Notes under the pieces: generated by a model
What the model saw: the letters and a program-made list of their open reading frames with translations, nothing else
What the model was told of the DNA's origin: nothing
Databases searched by the model: none
Position numbers and translations under genes: made by a program
NCBI GenBank assembly: GCA_016234185.1
Contig: JACRHA010000032.1
Span: 1-44,322 of the forward strand
Source: Nitrospirota bacterium
Lineage (GTDB): Bacteria > Nitrospirota > Nitrospiria > JACRHA01
Direction of reading: 5' to 3'
DNA: 44,322 nt
Part shown: piece by piece, positions 18,429 to 26,897 of the stretch
Layout: the number at the start of each line of letters is the position of its first letter
How positions within the stretch are numbered: the stretch's first letter is position 1

Positions 18429-18457
18429 TTGTCAAGAAAGTAGATTAATGTTATATT
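18429..18457 (+). promoter_or_regulatory. candidate sigma70-type promoter (TTGTCA-17 nt-TATATT) for the NUDIX gene
   Basis: TTGTCA 18429-18434, 17-nt spacer, TATATT 18452-18457. 14 nt upstream of the ATG, which would give a very short leader. Confidence 0.35.
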
Positions 18458-18470
18458 TTGGTTAATTATT

Positions 18471-18926
18471 ATGTCAGTAAGAGAGAAGGTCAAAGAACAG
18501 GTCTCCTCCGGTGGGGTGATATTCAGGGAGGTGGATGGAAGGATAAATGTTGGTCTCATAACCAGGACTGCAAGGAGCGGGCTAACGGTTTATTGCCTCC
18601 CTAAGGGGTGGATTGAAAAAGATGAAACCCCTGAGGAGGCAGCAATCAGAGAGGTAAGGGAGGAGACCGGACTTACCGGCCGCATCCTTAATAAGATCGG
18701 AGAGATCAATTACTTTTTCTATTCAGATAAGAAGGAAAAGATAGTTAAGGATGTCCATTTCTATCTCCTTGAGTACATCTCCGGCATTACTGCAGACCAT
18801 GACGAAGAGGTTGATGATGCGGGCTGGTTTCCTTTTGAGGAGGCAATTCCGCTTTTATCATATAAGAATGAGAGGGAGATACTAATTAAGGCTGGTGACA
18901 TGATAAGGAATATTATATCGAAGTGA
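18471..18926 (+). CDS. NUDIX hydrolase
   Basis: Nudix box GWIEKDETPEEAAIREVREETGL. Confidence 0.9.
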   Translation: MSVREKVKEQVSSGGVIFREVDGRINVGLITRTARSGLTVYCLPKGWIEKDETPEEAAIREVREETGLTGRILNKIGEINYFFYSDKKEKIVKDVHFYLLEYISGITADHDEEVDDAGWFPFEEAIPLLSYKNEREILIKAGDMIRNIISK

Positions 18927-19026
18927 TAGTGGCTAAAGGCGCCTCCTTGTACAATATATATCCCGGAATAATATCATCTATCATTCAACCGGATAGAGGC
19001 TCCGGGTCAAGACCAATATTACCGGT

Positions 19027-19224
19027 ATGAAAATAATATGTCCCATATGTAAGGAGGAGACCATCTGGGAAGAGAACCCATATAGGCCCTTCTGTTCAGA
19101 GAGGTGCAAACTTATTGATTTGGGTGCCTGGGCAAGCGAGAAATATAGGATTGAAGGGGAAGATATCAAAGGGGAGAGTGAGAACGGGGACAAAGGCGAC
19201 GATGAAGACAACGCAGTTAGTTGA
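19027..19224 (+). CDS. yacG: DNA gyrase inhibitor YacG (zinc finger)
   Basis: CPICKEE......[24 protein letters not shown] is the YacG signature, followed by an acidic tail. Confidence 0.85.
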   Translation: MKIICPICKEETIWEENPYRPFCSERCKLIDLGAWASEKYRIEGEDIKGESENGDKGDDEDNAVS

Positions 19225-19260
19225 ATAAGGGTAAATTGGTGTAAATGGAAAAAATAACTT

Positions 19261-19354
19261 TGGCGGAGAGGCAGGGATTTGAACCCTGGGTGAGGTTTTA
19301 CCCCCACAACCGCTTAGCAGGCGGCTGCCTTAAGCCGTACTCGGCCACCTCTCC
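19261..19354 (-). tRNA. tRNA-Ser (anticodon GCT), CCA encoded
   Basis: Folded by hand. Acceptor GGAGAGG/CCTCTCC, anticodon stem GCCGC/GCGGT with loop CTGCTAA, long variable arm, T-arm CAGGG-TTCAAAT-CCCTG, discriminator G plus CCA. Confidence 0.9.
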
Positions 19355-19410
19355 GAGATTCGCTTCGCTCATACCTTTAGCTGATAGCTCATAGATATTA
19401 GAGGAAGCAC

Positions 19411-19761
19411 TTATTTATTCAATGTTGAGCGCAAAGCACTCAATTGTTTTACCAAGTTCTCCGCCATTTTTTCAACATCCAAGTTTAAAACAGGAATGAT
19501 CATACCATAAGTCTCTGCCAAATCAAACCCGGCAACTACTTCATAGACAGATCTAATAGATATGCCCAAAAATCTAGCAAACTCTGCGTCTGAAGCATCG
19601 GCTGAACCTTCTGCAATGTTAAGAACAATTGAGTTCAACGCTCTCAGTATTTGCTCTAATAGTCCCTTATCAGTGATCTTAGTTTGAACTTGATCTCTGC
19701 AAAACTTACAAAACTCTTTTGCCTCGGCATATACCCTAAATTTCTTAAACCTAAAAGCCAT
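19411..19761 (-). CDS. four-helix-bundle protein (23S rRNA intervening-sequence protein family)
   Basis: FRFKKF.VY..A.EF......Q........L..Q..RA..SI.LNIAEGS is the typical pattern of this family. 116 aa. Sits between two tRNA-Ser genes. Confidence 0.8.
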   Translation of the reverse strand: MAFRFKKFRVYAEAKEFCKFCRDQVQTKITDKGLLEQILRALNSIVLNIAEGSADASDAEFARFLGISIRSVYEVVAGFDLAETYGMIIPVLNLDVEKMAENLVKQLSALRSTLNK

Positions 19762-19812
19762 TCATTCGCCATAAGCTATTAGCTGAAGGTGAAATTTGCG
19801 GAGCAAATTTCC

Positions 19813-19899
19813 TGGCGGAGGGGGTAGGATTCGAACCCACGGTGCTCGTCGCACAACGGTTTTCAAGACCGCCGCCATCGTCCACTCGGCCACCCCTCC
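19813..19899 (-). tRNA. tRNA-Ser (anticodon TGA), CCA encoded
   Basis: Folded by hand. Acceptor GGAGGGG/CCCCTCC, anticodon stem GCGGT/ACCGT with loop CTTGAAA, long variable arm, T-loop TTCGAAT, G plus CCA. Confidence 0.9.
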
Positions 19900-19950
19900 T
19901 AAGATGCTTCGCATCACTTATAGCTTATAGCTATTAACTGATAACTAAGA

Positions 19951-21222
19951 CTAAGCTATCCTCTCCATCCCATCCATATAAGGTCTTAAGGCCTCAGGGA
20001 TCAGTATGCTCCCATCCTTCTGCTGGAAATTCTCCAGTATTGCCACAAGGGTCCTTCCTACTGCCAGGCCTGAGCCATTTAAGGTATGTACAAACCCCCT
20101 TCTCTTTCCTCCCGTGGAGACATATCTGATTCCGGCGCGTCTTGCCTGGAATTCCTCAAAGTTGCTGCAGGATGATATCTCCCTGAATGTCTCCTGGCTT
20201 GGGAGCCATACCTCTATGTCATAGGTCTTGGCAGAGGCAAAACCGAGGTCGCCTGTGCAGAGCTGAACAACCCTGTAGTGCACCCCGAGTCTCCTTAATA
20301 CCTCCTCAGCATCCAAGAGAAGCCTTTCCAGTTCTTCGTAGGATTTATCAGGCATAACAAACTTTACAAGCTCAACCTTATTAAATTGATGCTGCCTTAT
20401 AAGGCCCCTGGTGTCTTTCCCATAAGAGCCTGCCTCCCTTCTAAAGCATGGCGTATAGGCGACATATGAGATGGGAAGCTTCTCTTCGGATATTACCTCA
20501 TTCTGATGGATATTTGTCACGGGTACCTCAGCAGTTGGAATCAAAAAATAGTCATCGTCTTTACACTTGAAAAGGTCCTCCTCAAACTTGGGGAGCTGGC
20601 CTGTCCCGGTCATGCTGACCCTGTTTACCATAAATGGAGGAAGCACCTCAATATATCCATGCTCTTTTGTATGAAGGTCGAGCATAAAGTTTATCAGCGC
20701 CCTCTCAAGCCTGGCACCTGTTCCTTTATATAGGGTAAACCGACTTCCCGCTATCTTTGTGCCCCTTTCGAAATCGAGTATATCAAGTGATTCACCAATA
20801 TCCCAGTGGGGTCTTGGCTTAAAATCAAACTGTGGCGGTTCACCCAGCCTCCTAATCTCCTTATTCTCATTCGAATCCTTCCCTTTAGGTGTCGACGGAT
20901 GGGGGATATTCGGGATTACCAGCAAAAAACTGTTCAGCCTCTCCTCAATATCCCTTGCCTTTACCTCAATCTCCTTAATCCTGTCCGATACTGACTTCAT
21001 CTCAGAGATCAGTTGTTCGGTCTTTTGTCCTGTGGCCTTAAGTCTTCCTATCTCATCAGAGACGGCATTCCTCTTTTGACGCAGTTCGTCCCCTGACAGG
21101 AGAAGCCGCTTCCTCTCTGAGGAAAGGTCGGTAAATCCTGAAAAATCAATCCTCTGGCCCCGCGCAGAAAGAGCTTCCTGAACAAAATCAAGATTTTCAA
21201 TAACAAATTTCACGTCAAGCAT
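19951..21222 (-). CDS. serS: serine--tRNA ligase
   Basis: [14 protein letters not shown] start typical of SerS. Class II motifs ([22 protein letters not shown]). ATG 21222 preferred over the upstream 21270. Confidence 0.95.
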   Translation of the reverse strand: MLDVKFVIENLDFVQEALSARGQRIDFSGFTDLSSERKRLLLSGDELRQKRNAVSDEIGRLKATGQKTEQLISEMKSVSDRIKEIEVKARDIEERLNSFLLVIPNIPHPSTPKGKDSNENKEIRRLGEPPQFDFKPRPHWDIGESLDILDFERGTKIAGSRFTLYKGTGARLERALINFMLDLHTKEHGYIEVLPPFMVNRVSMTGTGQLPKFEEDLFKCKDDDYFLIPTAEVPVTNIHQNEVISEEKLPISYVAYTPCFRREAGSYGKDTRGLIRQHQFNKVELVKFVMPDKSYEELERLLLDAEEVLRRLGVHYRVVQLCTGDLGFASAKTYDIEVWLPSQETFREISSCSNFEEFQARRAGIRYVSTGGKRRGFVHTLNGSGLAVGRTLVAILENFQQKDGSILIPEALRPYMDGMERIA

Positions 21223-21486
21223 ATTAGCGTACCCGAACAAATTGAAGATCAATACTATCAAATTTAGCATTTATAAGGCAACTTGTAAATTATCCATATC
21301 AAGACGACAAAGGGCACAACGGCTTATCAGAACCTCCGCTACGGTTATGACAATGCGGGCAATATCACCGCTATTACTGACCCGATTAACGGAAATCAAA
21401 CATTTGTAAATGATGATTTAAGCCGCCTTACCCAGGCCACAGGCGCATACGGCACGATCACCTATAGTTACGATCAGATAGGGAAC

Positions 21487-23031
21487 ATGACCTATAACTC
21501 CCAGATCGGAAACTACGCATATCCGGCAAGCGGGACAACCAGCACCAGGCCCCATGCAGTGACAAGTGCCGGGACAAACAGCTACTCCTATGATGCCAAC
21601 GGGAATATGACCTCTAATGTAGGCAAGACCATCAGTTATGATTTTGAGAACAGGCCAACAAGCATAACTTCAGGCACAAACACCACAACATTTGTATATG
21701 ACGGGGATGGTGGGAGGGTAAAAAAGACAGCAAGCGGGACTACCACTATCTACATAGGAAAGCTCTATGAATGCGTATCAGGATCATGCAGTAAATATAT
21801 CTTTGCAAGTGGTCAGAGGATCGCCATAAAGCCTGTAGGCGGTACCTCGATCAATTACTATCACACAGATCATCTTGGCTCAAGCAGTGTCATCACGAAT
21901 TCCGCAGGGACAAAGGTGCAGAGCCTTGCCTATTTCCCCTATGGCCAGACACGGGTTAGCACCGGTTCTATAGATGTACATCACAAATATACCTCCCAGG
22001 AGCTAGATGACAGCACGGGGCTTTACTTCTATAATGCAAGATATTATGATCCAGCCTTGGGGAGGTTTATAAGTGCGGATAGTATTATACCGAATCCAAG
22101 AGATCCCCAGGCTTTAAACCGATATTCCTATGCAAGAAATAACCCGATTATTTATATTGATCCATCAGGGCATCGTTGGAAGTGGCTTGATAGACAGATG
22201 GATCGGCTCAGGGAGAACGAAACCATTCAAATCGCTGTGGGTGTTGGCCTGCAGCTCTTCGGAGGACCCATCGGCCTAGTTGCTGGTAGCTATCTATTGA
22301 CTCAGAGCGAGACAGGGCGAAATATTCTGGCTGGGGAGGTTATTGTTGCGACGGCCATTGCGACAGCGTATTGTGGAGGATGCGGAGGCGTGGCATTAGG
22401 TGCATTGGTTGGTGAGGCGGTGGGGGGTTATAGCGCTTATCGGGCAGGAGGGGATATCGCATCAGGAATTATTGTGGGTGGAGCGCTAGGGGCAATCACC
22501 GGAGGCATAGGGAATTATGCGGGCGCTTCCGTGGGTGGACAATTTGGTACAGGCTGGGTAGGTCATGTGGCAGGCGGGGCAGTAAAAGGGGCGATCCTTG
22601 GCGCAGGAAGTGGTGCCAGTGCTGGGTATGCTGGCGGGGTCGGAAGCTGGAAGATGATGCTCCGAGGGGCCTATCAAGGGGCCTTGATCGGGGCGGCTGC
22701 TGGAGGGGCGATCGGGTATGGGGAATATCGCTTTACAGGTGGTGGCCTAGAGGATCTTAGCGGGCCAGAGATTGTTGACAAGGCAAAACAAGGGGTCTTA
22801 GATGGAATAACACAAGCAGCCAAGAAGGGCGATCTGGGGGCTATTATTGGAGATGTGGCTAAATCGGTTGGAAAACAATTCTTAGAACCTGCGTTGAGCA
22901 CAATGGTACGATATCCCAACTTAATCTACGGGCTAGCTTATGTAGGGGTTGGGATTGAGCAGACTGATCGTTCAATTTCCCAGGAAATGGGTGATCGTGG
23001 GGTGAGTGGAGAACTAGGAATTGATTTCTAG
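21487..23031 (+). CDS. 5'-truncated Rhs/YD-repeat core fragment with a glycine-zipper-rich C-terminal domain
   Basis: YD repeats (YSYDANGNMTS, YDFENRPTS, FVYDGDGGRVKK). Core end YFYNARYYDPALGRFISADS...NPIIYIDPSGH. The reading frame is open and Rhs-like from 21289 (YGYDNAGNITAITD, YSYDQIGNMTY), but there is no N-terminal part or start upstream. ATG 21487 is the first ATG. Confidence 0.8.
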   Translation: MTYNSQIGNYAYPASGTTSTRPHAVTSAGTNSYSYDANGNMTSNVGKTISYDFENRPTSITSGTNTTTFVYDGDGGRVKKTASGTTTIYIGKLYECVSGSCSKYIFASGQRIAIKPVGGTSINYYHTDHLGSSSVITNSAGTKVQSLAYFPYGQTRVSTGSIDVHHKYTSQELDDSTGLYFYNARYYDPALGRFISADSIIPNPRDPQALNRYSYARNNPIIYIDPSGHRWKWLDRQMDRLRENETIQIAVGVGLQLFGGPIGLVAGSYLLTQSETGRNILAGEVIVATAIATAYCGGCGGVALGALVGEAVGGYSAYRAGGDIASGIIVGGALGAITGGIGNYAGASVGGQFGTGWVGHVAGGAVKGAILGAGSGASAGYAGGVGSWKMMLRGAYQGALIGAAAGGAIGYGEYRFTGGGLEDLSGPEIVDKAKQGVLDGITQAAKKGDLGAIIGDVAKSVGKQFLEPALSTMVRYPNLIYGLAYVGVGIEQTDRSISQEMGDRGVSGELGIDF

Positions 23032-23059
23032 ACAGATCTTTTATAAGAGCGTGACTTCA

Positions 23060-23794
23060 ATGAAGCTAAGGGCGCTAATAATGTTTATCATGATGGGCAC
23101 CCTTTTTTCGAGCTGTCTGGGTGTCTATAATCGGGTGATCATCGAAGATAATAAAATAAGGTACAAGGGACTATACGAAGTCAATGCCTTGGATGGCGAA
23201 TGGAAGTGGCACGAGGTTAATCAAGGGGGACGTAGCCTTAACTCTTTTTATAAATATGATGGCGTGTATTTTCGCTGCTCCAACCAGCAGGAGCAGATGA
23301 TCACGATCGAACAGGAGTCTTATAATTGGCCACCCGGGAAGAAACCGAGAAGGATCTTAGGGCAGGAGGGATCCCCCTTCGAAACTATAGTTATGGATTT
23401 TTTGGATGAGCATTACGATGCGATGAAGCCGAAAATTCCCAAAAGGGAACTCATTTCATTTCAAGAAATCCACCTGGCAGACTATAAAGCTGTGGAGGCC
23501 ATGTTCGTAACAGAATTGAGTTATCCCGGGTCTTGCGATTCAAAAGAAAAAAGCATACGTTCTTTGAAATTCAAGTATGTTGTGATCAAGCGTGGAGAGT
23601 GGAAAGAATCTTACGCATGGTTCGGGTTCCCATTATCTAGTCTACCCAATCTGATTGTTCTATGGTATAGAAGCCCCGTTGAGGCCTTCGATACGGGGGT
23701 GGATGAGTTCGACCGAATGGTGCAGAGCTTCCGGTTTATAAAGGAGCAGCCATTTCTTCCATTGAGAAAAAAAATAAAAGAAATTAGGTTGTGA
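23060..23794 (+). CDS. predicted lipoprotein, candidate immunity protein
   Basis: MKLRALIMFIMMGTLFSSC signal peptide with a lipobox-like LFSSC. Immediately after the Rhs stop; the ORF from TTG 23021 overlaps it by 11 nt. No family recognised. Confidence 0.65.
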   Translation: MKLRALIMFIMMGTLFSSCLGVYNRVIIEDNKIRYKGLYEVNALDGEWKWHEVNQGGRSLNSFYKYDGVYFRCSNQQEQMITIEQESYNWPPGKKPRRILGQEGSPFETIVMDFLDEHYDAMKPKIPKRELISFQEIHLADYKAVEAMFVTELSYPGSCDSKEKSIRSLKFKYVVIKRGEWKESYAWFGFPLSSLPNLIVLWYRSPVEAFDTGVDEFDRMVQSFRFIKEQPFLPLRKKIKEIRL

Positions 23795-23801
23795 TGATTT
23801 C

Positions 23802-24473
23802 GTGATGATAAAAAAGCTTATATCTGCAATCTGGATCAGTATAGTAGTTTTCTTTTTCATAACTACGACTGTGTCTGCAAAGGAAGGATTTTATCTTGGG
23901 TTAGGTCTTCCCTACAATACTATTGATGGCGATTTCAAGGGGAATTCCGTCCTGAGCGGACATAATGACCTCATCATCATCCCGGATATTGATGGGGCAT
24001 TTGGTGTTGGGCTTCTCTTTGGTTATGTGACGCATTATGGGTTTGCCCCTGATCAATTATTCGCAATCGAGGGAAGCTTTCTTTTATCTGTGCACGATGC
24101 TGAATTCCAAGGGCAAAGGGGTACTGTCGATTACTCCCTGGTAAATTTCGATTTAAAGTATCTATTCATGACCTCCAAGGCCATTGAGCCCTATCTCTTA
24201 ATAGGCATCTCCCTTGCTGATTTAACGATAGAAAATGGCGCAGTTAGCCTTACTACAGGAAAAGAAGGAGATGCCCTGTTGACAGGAGTTGGATTAAACC
24301 TAGGGATCGGCCTTGATTATTATCTAACAAAAAATATCTCGTTAGGTACGGGAGTCATTTATCGGATCATCAGCTATGATATAGCAGAAGGTGTGGAAGA
24401 TAAGAGTGGGATTAAAGATGGCTTCAGTGGAAGCGGGTTAGGGATAATACTTAGCACCGCTTATCATTTTTGA
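23802..24473 (+). CDS. outer-membrane beta-barrel protein (OmpA/OmpW-like porin-family fold)
   Basis: Signal peptide ...TTTVSA/KEGFYLGLG. Alternating amphipathic strands. C-terminal ...LSTAYHF aromatic terminus. Confidence 0.75.
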   Translation: MMIKKLISAIWISIVVFFFITTTVSAKEGFYLGLGLPYNTIDGDFKGNSVLSGHNDLIIIPDIDGAFGVGLLFGYVTHYGFAPDQLFAIEGSFLLSVHDAEFQGQRGTVDYSLVNFDLKYLFMTSKAIEPYLLIGISLADLTIENGAVSLTTGKEGDALLTGVGLNLGIGLDYYLTKNISLGTGVIYRIISYDIAEGVEDKSGIKDGFSGSGLGIILSTAYHF

Positions 24474-24629
24474 TCTTATTTAGCAAGATCTAGCTTTTTT
24501 TATTTAATTATATAAAGGAGGGATAGAGATGATTAACGCTATCTTTATGAGAAAAATGAGCATGATGGCCAAAAGAGTTCGACTACACCCTCAAATTATT
24601 ACTAAGCTAATCATATCTGGTTGTAATCT

Positions 24630-25247
24630 TTGTCGCAGGGGTGTGCAACGGATAGACATCTATCGGGAAGTGAATTGCAAAAGATCGCTACCCTTAAAAT
24701 AGCTAGATTTAATTCTCCTCTACTTTTAAAAGAGACGACCGGTTCTAAAGTAGCTGGCGTTACAGGGGTCCTATTTGGTGCAATCGGCGGCGGAATAGGC
24801 GGGGGGATCCAGTATAAGATGGAAGAGGGTAACGGCAGGGAATTACAGGAGAGGTTTAAATTACCGGATTATGGTGAATTGGTAATGAATAATTTCCTTA
24901 AAAGGGCCCCTATTGAAGTATCAAATTGGCCACAGATGATCCCAGAGAATAGTCCTGTAAAGGATGATTCCAATATCTCCGGTCATAGATTGCTAATAAA
25001 AGTAGATATGATTAAAGTAAAAGATGGGGCAGGGTTTTTGGCAGAAACTACGGCCAGCCTACAAGATGCAGAAAAAAATATTCTTTGGCAAAAGAAATTC
25101 AGATATGAATCAAAGAATCATAGCAGGGTCTCTGATTTAGGAAAACTTGAAGAAGAAAATGGAGGGCTGCTCCGGGAAGAGTACGAATTTGCGGCTGAAA
25201 AGACCACTTCAAACCTTATAGAAGACTTAAATGGTAGTGGAAAATGA
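24630..25247 (+). CDS. hypothetical protein with a glycine-zipper segment; start uncertain
   Basis: GVTGVLFGAIGGGIGGGI glycine zipper followed by a soluble domain. A strong RBS plus ATG at 24529 opens a different frame containing a lipobox-like LIISGC, so a frameshift or misassigned start is possible. Confidence 0.5.
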   Translation: MSQGCATDRHLSGSELQKIATLKIARFNSPLLLKETTGSKVAGVTGVLFGAIGGGIGGGIQYKMEEGNGRELQERFKLPDYGELVMNNFLKRAPIEVSNWPQMIPENSPVKDDSNISGHRLLIKVDMIKVKDGAGFLAETTASLQDAEKNILWQKKFRYESKNHSRVSDLGKLEEENGGLLREEYEFAAEKTTSNLIEDLNGSGK

Positions 25248-25311
25248 CGTGGTCTGGAAAGGTAAAGGTGGGTAGAGTGATAATGATTAAATGGTAAATG
25301 AAGGCAGAAGG

Positions 25312-25833
25312 TTATATGGCCGTAGGTTTTAACACATCAAGGCCCTTGATATTATCGAAATCGTTATCATTAGTAGCGATGGCAGATATGTTATGTCGTT
25401 TGATCAGGGAAACATTTATGGCATCGTTGGGGAGGAGATTATGAAGTTTCATCATGCTATAAGAATCTTTTACGGCGGCATTGCCGATCGGTAAGCTCTT
25501 AAGAATAGTAAAGAGGATCTGTGGTTTCTGAAAGTTGACTTCATTGATTAGGCCTCGATGTTGTTTGAGATATTCGAGGACTTTTTTGGGGGCTATTTTC
25601 TTATGCTTGATTATCCAGACGCGAAGGTAGATAAACAACGATTCAGCTATAACAATAGGGGAAGTGAATGCCGTTAACTCTTTTTCTTCAACCCGCTTTA
25701 GAAAATTTTTACAGGATACCCCATAGAGTTCATCTTCCAGCAGATGATATATCAGTATATTCGTATCTACAAAAATGGATACACCAGGTGAGGCCTTCTC
25801 AAGGGCCTTATTCTCCATATCTTGTCTGCTCAA
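25312..25833 (-). CDS. PIN-domain protein (VapC-like toxin)
   Basis: IFVDTNILIYHL near the N-terminus, SPIVIAES, and C-terminal AIATNDNDFDNI. These are the PIN acidic residues in canonical spacing. Confidence 0.8.
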   Translation of the reverse strand: MSRQDMENKALEKASPGVSIFVDTNILIYHLLEDELYGVSCKNFLKRVEEKELTAFTSPIVIAESLFIYLRVWIIKHKKIAPKKVLEYLKQHRGLINEVNFQKPQILFTILKSLPIGNAAVKDSYSMMKLHNLLPNDAINVSLIKRHNISAIATNDNDFDNIKGLDVLKPTAI

Positions 25834-26026
25834 TAACCTCTTTGATTAACTTATGATTTTTGATCGATAATGAAGCAAATGTCTCGTCAACAATGCTTCT
25901 TGCAGGTTTTTGTCGCGGAGTCTTAAGGAGTTTGAGGCCAAGCCTTAAAACCTTCTGAATATCCTCTTGTTTCTTAGGTAATTTTTGGAACAGATCATTG
26001 GAAACCTTTATCCTGACTTCAGCCAT
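25808..26026 (-). CDS. putative VapB-like antitoxin
   Basis: 72-aa ORF overlapping the PIN gene start. GGAG RBS. No family recognised. Confidence 0.55.
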   Translation of the reverse strand: MAEVRIKVSNDLFQKLPKKQEDIQKVLRLGLKLLKTPRQKPARSIVDETFASLSIKNHKLIKEVIEQTRYGE

Positions 26027-26400
26027 TGGTCAATCTCCTTTTATAAGCCTTATATACTAAGAAAATTTATCATAAATATATGTGCCTGTCAAAAGTCGGA
26101 TTCACATGTAGCTCAAATGCATCATCCGATAGGATATGGGGGTTACTTTTCCTTCTAAGGTCTATGAGGGGACAACCAACTATGCCCAATACGCGGGTTA
26201 CAATGAGGAAAGGAGATAGACTCTTTCAACATTGTGGAGATGCAGGCGGGGGATATTTTGGATTTCTGGCCGGGTATCATTGGTAAAAGAATCCATTTCG
26301 AGATTGTTCGGAGCATTGAAGAGGATAAATTATTTGTTTAGAAATTAAGGTGATATCGTTGGCCTTGCTCTATTCGCCAAGTACGGTGGAGATCGACCTC

Positions 26401-26448
26401 TTACTGATCCGTGAAGGGGAAGGGCACCAGCACGATATCACCAAACTT
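26401..26448 (-). pseudogene. remnant of a MazF/PemK-family toxin gene
   Basis: Minus strand reads KFGDIVLVPFPFTDQ* directly after the antitoxin stop. GDIVLVPFPFTD is the conserved MazF/PemK N-terminal strand. There is no start codon and the frame decays after 16 codons. Confidence 0.5.
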
Positions 26449-26656
26449 ATAGCTTGTCGTAGGAGGCATCGTCCGGATTATCCCACACATTTCGGAAGGC
26501 ATCCTCAGACAACGTCATCGCGGCCTGTGTCAAGCGACGGTCCTCCAGTCTCAGTCGCAGGAAGTCTATATAATCTTCTACCTCAGCGACTTTTTCGGGT
26601 GGCAATGCAGCAATCTTTTCCATGAGGATCTTCTGGTCATTGTTGCAAATAGACAT
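26447..26656 (-). CDS. type II antitoxin-like protein (orphaned)
   Basis: LMEKIAALPPEKVAEVEDYIDFLR is a motif typical of small antitoxins paired with PIN/MazF toxins. 69 aa. Confidence 0.6.
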   Translation of the reverse strand: MSICNNDQKILMEKIAALPPEKVAEVEDYIDFLRLRLEDRRLTQAAMTLSEDAFRNVWDNPDDASYDKL

Positions 26657-26702
26657 CTTGTACCTCCGATGCCCAGTATACTGTTTATGATTTGAGGTGT
26701 CA

Positions 26703-26822
26703 ATGTTTTTTTATCCCTTCCAGTATACAGGAAGAGAGAATGATCAGCCTGCCCTGAGCGATGTCGAAGGGGGGCTGTATTATTATAGGGCTAGGTATTA
26801 TAGTCCGATCTTGACCTCCTGA
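26703..26822 (+). pseudogene. Rhs core-end remnant
   Basis: MFFYPFQYTGRENDQPALSDVEGGLYYYRARYYSPILTS*. The YTGRE..D...GLYYYRARYY(D/S)P motif is the conserved Rhs core end and matches YTSQELDDSTGLYFYNARYYDP in the 21487-23031 ORF. Truncated right after it. Confidence 0.6.
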
Positions 26823-26897
26823 ATTGCCTTAGAAACTCCTTGACTTCCATAGGTGTATTATGATAAAAAAAGATCTGTTTTGAACAAAGGAGAGGAT

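Noticed and set aside
26080-26286. 68-aa ORF and other short frames in the 26027-26400 spacer
   Set aside because: There are no RBS, no motifs, and several competing frames of similar length. It is likely decayed intergenic DNA next to the MazF remnant.
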